DNA from: Chlorokybus atmophyticus
Lineage: Eukaryota > Plantae > Mesostigma and Chlorokybus algae
Reading direction: 5' to 3'
Length of the DNA: 64,000 nt
NCBI GenBank assembly: GCA_009103225.1
Contig: RHPI01000193.1
Coordinates: forward strand, 616,650 to 680,649
Position numbers and translations under genes: made by a program. Below are positions 55,579 to 64,000 of the stretch, piece after piece (within the stretch, counting starts at the first letter, position 1; each line of letters opens with the position of its first letter). The notes below the pieces were generated by a model. It saw nothing but the letters and a program-made list of their open reading frames with translations, did not search any database and had not been told where the DNA came from.

Positions 55579-56358
55579 CTCTGTTCAACAGATAAGCGTA
55601 TTCATGCAAGAACATTAATCAATCTGAAGACATTAAGGTGGAGTCCACTAAAAATAGCTGAGTGACTCATCACACACCTCTAGGGCGATTGGGGTGGCTC
55701 ATAAGTTGTAAGAGATTATTGCTACGCCACGCCCATTAGCGCTGCAAGCTTGAGAAACTTGCTCCTGCGAAAAAGAGCAGCAACAGAAACTGCGTTCGAA
55801 AGCTCAGAGCACACGAGCCCAACAGCTTAACTCGCAAGCAGAAGACTAGAAGATTATCATTCATCCCAGTCGAGCGACAGTTGAGCCCATTAAATGTTGC
55901 TGAAACCTGCTCCTGAAACCCGATACGTCTTTTTGTAGCATATTCAAGTTACACACTCGAAGGTTTCGTGCGCGTGCTCTTATGTGGGTGTGCGTGCGAT
56001 TTTTTCACAGATGTGCCATGCAGTGCTCTGCTTGGCAGTGCAGCCAAGCACCAACTACTAGTACTACCAAATGCCTTCACCAGACATGCAAAACGGCCAC
56101 ACCAACACGTGTCACTCCCAATCTCAACGCGTTTCTTTTTGCACTTTATTCGTCTCAACTCAGCACACATTAACCATAGCGCACCGACCAACAATAGCAC
56201 GCAGCGGCTCTGCCTTGTCTTTTAACATCGGCAAGAACAGTACTGTTGCCAGCCTGCCTCTTGAAGCTGACAAACGCCCATGGGCTTGCCTCCTCCTCCC
56301 AACGCTGAGGCCTCCACCTTCTTCACCACCACCACAAACAACAATACCAACACAACAA

Positions 56359-56392
<34 letters not shown>

Positions 56393-57509
56393 GACAGTAA
56401 GGCCGCCTTCAAAGCCCTAGCACCAGCGCTGAATGCACAAGCAGCAGCTGGGCTTCAGGCAGCTAAGCAAGCAGCTAAGCATGTAGGCGGCGGCGGCGAC
56501 GGCTGCGATGGCGGAGGCGGAGGCGGAGGCGGAGATGGAGACAGGGGCCAAGAATTTGCTGTGATCAAGCTTGCAGTATGCTTCAAACACCGCCGCTGGC
56601 CAGTGCTGAGAGCATTACCACAAATTTGCTGCAGGTGAATGCATGCTCAGTCTGTAGCCTGCCTGCTTGGCGTACTTGCCGTTGCGCTTGGTCAATAAAG
56701 CTCTGTGTTGTGTAGTAACAGTGTGATGTGTGAGTTGTCCCATTTTGGGTTCCCATCGCTGCATATTGCGAGGCTGCGCATATGGTAGCAAATGCATGCA
56801 TGCGGTTATGCGTGATCATCACGCATGCGTGCAGGTGCAAAGCGCAGGCACTATCAGTATGCATGCATAGCTGCGGTCATACCTGCACGCCAGCATGATA
56901 GCTTGCTTGCGTGCACATTGTCTCTACGCAGACATGCTGTATAGCAGCATGCATGCCAACAGCATGCGTACTGCCCTGCATGCTGATGGAGTGCATGTTT
57001 ATGCCAAGTTCAGCATCCAACGATACTGGCATACTGCCATGCATGCGTGCGTGGTTGCATCTGGTGCCCACATGTTAAGTCCGAGCTTGAAAGGCACAAC
57101 ACTCTCTGCTACTGCGTTCTTACTTCAAACTGCCTGTATGCTGCATAATGCATGTATGTATATGTGTGTATATGTGCGCACACGCGTGCGCGTGTGCGCA
57201 CATATACACACACGGTGGTAGCTGTCCTTGTGTGTTGCAAATGCGTAATAGTCGGTGCGTCCTCCTTTTCTGGTAGCATGAACTAGTTGAATTAGTAGTA
57301 TGTAGTTGGATCCTTGAGTATGCTCACAAGCATCCTTTGCAATAGTCAGTCTTTTCCCACAGCAGCAGCAGCAGCAGCAGTTCTACAATACTGGAAAGAT
57401 ACACAAACTCACCGACAACAGCAGCACGAGGGTTGAGTACAAGCAACCACATTGAGAGGCCCCTCTCTAATACCAACACGACACGACTGAAGCTGTTGCT
57501 GCACTACAT

Positions 57510-58630
57510 TCAGGTTGTGGCTTACCGGAAGGGCTTATGGCACAGCCAGAGTAAAGACATTGAAGAACAGGTCCACAGGGGCTTTCAGTGGGTCGTGATG
57601 TGAGAAAGCAACCCACACCTCACCTGCAGTTTCATCAGTTTGATGCGTGTCACTGTATGTGTATGGCTTCGTGGAAATTACCACTACCACTCAGTTCACA
57701 CTCAGAATATACTTGCCTTCGTCGTGCAGGCAATCTGCGAGAGGGTCTGTAGCAGCGCGTTGTGTGTGTCGCATCACTGAACAATATGTCTGCAAGTATG
57801 AGACCACATCAACCTTGCTTGAACACTCGCATCAGCAAATGGAAGAAGAAAGAAAGAAAGAAAGAAATAACTCGGCGCTCAGACCACACCGCACACACAT
57901 GCCACAATCCTTGCACTCTATTTATTATACACACGCGATGCGCGTTGCCATGTGAGCAGGCACATATGGCCCGCGTGCGCGCACGTGTGTTTACATACCA
58001 CACACCCTTACCATGACTTGTGTCGATAGAGCCCAATGCGGGGTGACAGCCTCGCCATTGCTTGCGAGGTTGTCTACATTACCGTTTCGCGTTGTATGTA
58101 CAAGCTCCGTGTCCTTGTCTGTGGCATACTCGGTTGCCACGACAACCGAAGCGCCGTTCTGTTTCATTGTCACAGTGTAAGCGAAGTGTGTCAAGTATGC
58201 CTTGCTTGTGTTAGAATGTGACACAACATACCGTGGCGCCTGTATGACGGAAGATAGGCCTGCGCGCACACCCAACTCCAGCACCCTCTTGCCTAAGATT
58301 AACGAACAAGCAAAGCCAACTGAACAGACCACTGACTAGTCAGTGGTCGTTTTGTTGTACCGTGCATGAGTGCATGAGTACTGTGCATGCTTGTTGGCTG
58401 ACACGCACCATTGCTTGACAATTGTCCGCTGTCAACTCCGTCCGCAAGCACCCGCGCCGCATTCCAAACCTGCTCACAACGGACACAACAACAACATGCG
58501 TGCTTCGTAACCCCAGAGGGAGCGTTTGTGGGTGAGGTCAAGACGCACGCAAGGCGGGTTTGCACCCTCACAAGGCGGGCGATTGTAAACCGTTACGCCG
58601 CCACCCGCTTTCTCCTTGAAAAACATGTCG
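57510..58630 (-). pseudogene. EFM7/NNT1-like class I protein methyltransferase, frameshifted
   Basis: Exon remnants SLWGYE|VWNAARVLAD, GKRVLELG..AGL, GASVVVATEY, DVV.ILADILF, GEVWVAFSHHDP; several indels and an in-frame TAA; glycine motif altered to GVRAG. Confidence 0.65.
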
Positions 58631-59689
58631 GGACATGCATGTGACCATGCACTTACAAAGGCCGACACAGAAAGCGCGCACATGCACATGAACACGCACA
58701 TGCAATGCACGTGCATGATTGTAGATGTGTTTGGAGAGCTGGGGAGCTTTGGGGGGTAAAGCAAAGCAAAGCAATTGAATTTGAGCAGAATTAGCATGTG
58801 TGCCTTCTGGGTCGTGTGACAATGGGAGAGGGAGTGGTATAGTTTGAAAGCAGCAGCGGAAGGATCCATGCACTGAATATGATGTAAATATGATAGCACC
58901 CCAAGGCAGATACATCCATTGTTTGATACTAGAAATAGCCTATTGTATTTACACAACATACTATGGCTATCATCAACTGAAGCTAGCTGCACAACCATGC
59001 TTGTGCCGCCAACAACTGGCTTCTTCTTATTTACGGACGTGATCAACTTCTTGACGAGGAGGCCAGCGGATTTCATGAACGCTGGCAAATGGGCGTGATC
59101 ACCTCTAAAAGAGGCGGCCGAGCGGACTCCAGAAACGCTTGCACATTCCATTAGAGCACAACGTCTTCCCGACCGGCCACTGGAGGTAGGCACTACCTGT
59201 AGTACGGTACTACATCCAATAGCCGGTGCGGTCAATTTCTTGATACTACTTAGCTGATCAAGAAGGCGTGAGGTGGCACCGACGCTGGCAACTCTGGCCA
59301 CCATAATGCGAAATAGGCCGCGACGACAATGTCGGCGGCTTCGTGGAGTTGCCACCACACGTTATCACCAACTTTGCGGTTAAGACAAAAGGTATGACGT
59401 ATTGGAGAATTTCTTTCAAGGAATGCCCTTGAAACGGTGACACACCACTTGTGATCAACGGGAGGGGTGGTTGCTGGCGCTGCAGGGAATGGGCTGAAGA
59501 CTGCACAAAGCCGGTCAGCGCTTGGAAGAGCTGCTGCCACAGGTGCCATATAGCTACCTACCTCACGCTAAGATCAACCACGTCAAGGTGTGGACAACGC
59601 TCAGTGGCAAGAGTCCGCCAAGGTCAATCGCCAACCAGCATACTGCTCATTCTCGTTCAGCGCCTGCCTACATTGGATTTAAATCAGCT

Positions 59690-61500
59690 TGAATAAAAAT
59701 AGTATTGAGGTTTTTTGAAAAATTTATGGAACTACATGCAAAGGCTCACATCATTACGGTTAAAACAACAATCATAATGAAATTCATTTGTAAATTTTGA
59801 GCAATACATTGATTTAATTTGTATTTATCAATAAAGACAAATGAACATAAATAAGCATAAAAGTTATGCAACTTCCTACATCATTCGTTTACGCATGCTT
59901 AAGTACATGCCCAGCATGTACTTATTGATGTGTTTGCGATATACATGCATACCAGTACTTACAAATACATGCATACTATTATTATGCATGTATTCGTAAG
60001 CAAACTTTATTATCTGCTACACAAGCCTTCACGCAATCCGGTTGACAATCACTCTTAAGATGTGCAACATATATTCATGCCATGATTGATCTGTGATGAC
60101 CGTAGTGTCTACTATACAATCGATGCCATGGCATATAGGCTTCACGCGTTACGGTAACTTTTATTGATCGGATAAACTGACTTGACAAGTAAGTGCGTAA
60201 TAACGTCCATCATGATGATAGATGACATCTCAACCTTGCAACCTTACTCATTGCATCAAACGTGAGACAAAACATGATGATATGCACTTTTCGGTACGAT
60301 GCACATTGGCACATCACAAAACATCAACGAACGCAATACGTTACAATTGTGATAAGATTGAAACACTACACTTTGCGTGCTAGAGTAGAATACATCATAG
60401 CGTACAAAAGGCTTCCGCATACTATATAGATCGTCCAGTAAGAATGTGACATATTTTAACGCACGCGCTTTTCTTTTGATGATCACTCAACTATATGAAT
60501 TAATGTCGTGACGAGATGAATACGCAATTGATGTGATCTAACGTGTAATGATATTATTATAGCGTGCAATTGAACTGCACAGATGCCTTACGAGCTGTTA
60601 TTACGTTATGCTAAGTGTATAGTCAATCATAAACTCAGCATCAACCTCTTTGCTATGTATAATGCAAGCTATGGTGTCCGAACATGTTGATTAATTGCTA
60701 CTTGACCAACACTAGCAGCTGATAACTGCTGCTTTTTATCCATTATGCTAAACATGCTTTTAGCTAAGCTGTGATGTTATGTACAACATGTTCTACATGT
60801 ATCAATAACGCGAATCAAAAAGAAAAGATGCAACATCGGCGCCGTAACAATCGGGCTATGACAATAATGTCACACATAGAAGGAGCCACATGCCATCATT
60901 GCATGTCCCATACCCATGTACATGACATAACGAACGCCATGTAGCTTTTGCACTTGCGGCGTTCTCCTCGCACTTTAACAGAGCTTGTTAATCATATTAC
61001 ACGTGATACGCAACATTGTATAAGTTTACTACGCAGACACTTATTTACACTCTACCCTCTTAGGGTAGTACCTCTGCGTATGCATGCACATAGCATAGCA
61101 ATTTTTACCTATTTCTATTAATGATACGGCTACAATTCAAGCTAGTTTTATAATATATCGGTTGTAGTATATGTTGATGATTGTAATATACTACCATTGC
61201 CGCAGAGGTATTATTGTATAATATTATGAGGTACCATCTCGTATTATTCCATGTTTGCGTTTACACAAGGTATTACGTACTTAAATGACACGGCTACAAT
61301 ACCTGTGCCATGTGACCTTGCTGATTTCATAAATCAAATTCAAGTAGTACTTATGCCCTGTGCGCATGATTACAAATTTAGCTTGAACACCGATGGATTG
61401 TCATCATGCTTATGTTACGACATGGTTTACATCTGCTCGTAATGTTCATCAAAGTTCATCAAGTTAAATCCACATGTAGTGGTTCCTAACAGGATGCTCT
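59690..61500. other. AT-rich ORF-poor island with short inverted and direct repeats (possible non-autonomous DNA transposon remnant)
   Basis: Visible composition shift; hairpins at 59901-59923 and 61052-61068; no termini or TSD identified. Confidence 0.35.
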
Positions 61501-62187
61501 GTATCACATCATGTCAAGTTGACATTGCTAACACATGACTCTCGCCCACCAGCATGCATACAACAACACGCTTATTGCCTGCATGTTGATGCAAACATAT
61601 ATGATACTTATCACCAATTAGTATCTGAAGGCATGACACATACCTGCGGCTATATGTATTGTGGCATTGTGCCGGGCCAGCGAGCTGTCAATTTTGATAC
61701 AATGCATGTATCTGTTGTTGTGCAAATTCACCACACAGAACCGCCCATCACCACCAGCATCAGCCTGCCTGATAGCTGACATTACTGCGTGAAAGCTGGC
61801 CCCAACGCATCTTTCATAGTGACATAAAGAGTCTGTCGTATGTCAGCTGTCACAGTGAGTCAAGCACAGGACTATGCAATTGCTACTCCGGAAGAGACTG
61901 CCAGGGCACAGTGCGCTTGTGGGTGGCTTCTATGAATAGTGGCGCCATGACGATCAAGTGTACACACACTTGCAAGCACACATACTCGTGTACATGTGGG
62001 CATATCATAGGTACACACATTCACAAGGGTCAGGACTTGGGGCCGCCATGCATGCATCCATGCATGCATGAAGAAGAGTTGAAGCAGGCGCCAACACAAG
62101 GACGAGGACCCAACACACACACGAACTCTTGTCTGTTCGGGACTTGTAACCATGCAACAGCCTGGGCGTGCTTCCTCTTTGAGAGAC

Positions 62188-63297
62188 ATGCATTCCAGGC
62201 TATTTTCCCCTCTCCTCCTTCTCCTCTTCTTGCTGCTTCCCCTGCATGGCACCCTAGCCAAGGTGGCCGTCGTGGGCGACGATAGCTGGACTATCCAGGA
62301 GGGCAGGCCGGACTACCAGGTAGAGAGTGTGTGTGCGCGCGTGTGCATTGATTGTGCATGCATGTTGGGGTGTGCTCTCGTTAGCTTAGGACGTATACAC
62401 TGGGAAAACAAGATATACACGCAGCAGACGGCGCACACACACACACACACGCTGGCACGCTCTGCATGCTTTTACAGACACGCACAAGCACACGAACGCA
62501 CGCACAATCACGTGTTCACCCCCCCCACCCCCACCGACACACAGCTACACCTGTAGCTACCTAACTGCGTCTCAGGAGTCTGTGCTGTGTTCCTGTCCAG
62601 GCTTGGGCGGACATCAACGCACCGTTTGCGGCGGGCGACACGCTGGTCTTCAACTACCAACCGCCAGGTACGAGCGAGCAAGCGCGGCTTGTTGTGTTGA
62701 GGCTGCACGCCGTTGGCTCAACCTAACTTTTCATGCAAGGCAATGGCAATGACTTCGAAGTTGACAACATGTCTGCACGCGTGTGTGTTCAGGTGTTAAT
62801 TACACGGTGTTTCTTGCGCGTAGCAACGCTACCGTCGCGCAGTTCTGCGCATTGAATGGCTTCCTCTTAGCAGGCAAGGCTAGCACTACTAATCACTACT
62901 CACTGCTGCCCCTGTTTCTTCATGAGTTTTTCTCACTCACTTCCTCATGTCTGATGTTTGTTGTTTTCAATTGATACACACGCAGGGTCGCAAGCCACGG
63001 CCCCCTTCCAGTTCAACTGGACCGTGCCTTCCGATGGCCAGTTCAACGTCACCTCCATCATACAGGGTACGTGACACTGCTATGCAGACACACACACCTT
63101 GTCCAGCAACAATACTACATTTTTACAACAAACACACGTGCACACAAGATGCACACCTAATCGGTTTTATGTATAGTACCTGTGTCTAGCAGATGAAATG
63201 CTTATGTCTAGCAGGTACATGCGCATGATATGCACACATACCGTGTCTGAATTTGTCTAGCAGATACACACATACTTCACAAGCGCACGCACACATA

Positions 63298-63338
<41 letters not shown>

Positions 63339-64000
63339 CCACACAGGCCAGTGCCTCTCCGGCCTCCGCTTCTTTTTCGTGGCCCTCCCCGCCCCCGCCC
63401 CCGCCGCCGCTCCCGCCCCGGGCCCAGTCCCCCTTGCCCCTCCTCCTGTCCCCCCAGGACCTGTCCCAACTCCAGGACCAGCTCCCACTCCTGGACCTGG
63501 CCCAGCTCCTCCTGGTGCTGCTCCTGAACTTGGTCCTCCTGGACTGGCCCCAACTGCCGGTCCTGCTCCTGTACTCGGTCCTGTTGCAGGTCCTGTGCCA
63601 GGGTTTGGTCTTGTCCCCCCGAGTCCTGGACCTGGTCCTGTGCTCGAGCCGAGTCCTGCGCCAGCTCCTGCGCCGGTGCCGCCCGTGCTCGCGGCTCCAG
63701 GGGGACGAAGTGAGTGGTGGTAGTGTGTTGGTGATGTTATTGAGGAGCTTTTCTGCTTATGTGTGTTTGGTGAATGTGTGCGTGGCTGCTTGTGTGCAGG
63801 CTGCAATGTGACGCAGGGCTTCTTTCTGCCGGATGGGACGGGACCGCTGCAAGTCACTTTCGGGTTCAATACAGCGGGTACGTTACTTGTAGTAACCCTG
63901 CATTTGCACGCGCACACACAGACGCATGCTTACATGCAGACACGCCCAAACACGCACACTTGCATATACTCGCAAGCGCACATGTACACTCCCGCGCATC
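62188..64000 (+). CDS. Secreted phytocyanin (plastocyanin-like) domain protein with Pro-rich linker; continues past the window end
   Basis: Signal peptide MHSRLFSPLLLLLFLLLPLHGTLA; VVGDDSWT...YQ|AWADINAPFAAGDTLVFNY; GQCLSGLRF; P/G/A-rich repeats; further exon ..LQVTFGFNTAG. Confidence 0.75.

Noticed and set aside
56270-56640. GC-rich CAA/CAG/GGC low-complexity block that looks like a first exon
   Set aside because: No frame on either strand gives a convincing start, domain or downstream exons.
58474-59358. 294-aa minus-strand ORF as a single gene
   Set aside because: It joins unrelated upstream sequence, intron-like sequence and one methyltransferase exon; no coherent domain.

Overview
Eukaryotic nuclear DNA with intron-rich, GT/CA-rich genes; a plant-like gene set suggests a streptophyte green alga (inference). 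From left to right: an FBL17-like F-box/LRR gene; a pseudogene broken by a 171-bp fold-back inverted duplication; a DUF4380 pseudogene; a recent Ty3/gypsy LTR retrotransposon (6191-19121) with three LTRs in this assembly, a gag nonsense codon and an extra 3' ORF; an intact DUF4380-like gene; an unidentified multi-exon gene; HflX; a NIMA/NEK kinase; PHAX; an At3g12590-like gene; a small At5g01350-like gene; a CCCH-TRMT2A methyltransferase; DCAF4-like WD40; an EFM7-like pseudogene; and a phytocyanin-like Pro-rich gene. The most unusual signal is at the retroelement termini. The terminal ACA of the 3' LTR is absent from the 5' LTR but is present in a 10-bp copy of the LTR end placed between the PPT and the 3' LTR, forming a palindromic ACA-GC-TGT 'circle junction'. 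This split-repeat design suggests integration through a circular intermediate. Second is a probable bicistronic locus with a 21-nt spacer. Several duplications flanked by N or homopolymers look like assembly artefacts. Exon boundaries were read by eye and are approximate.
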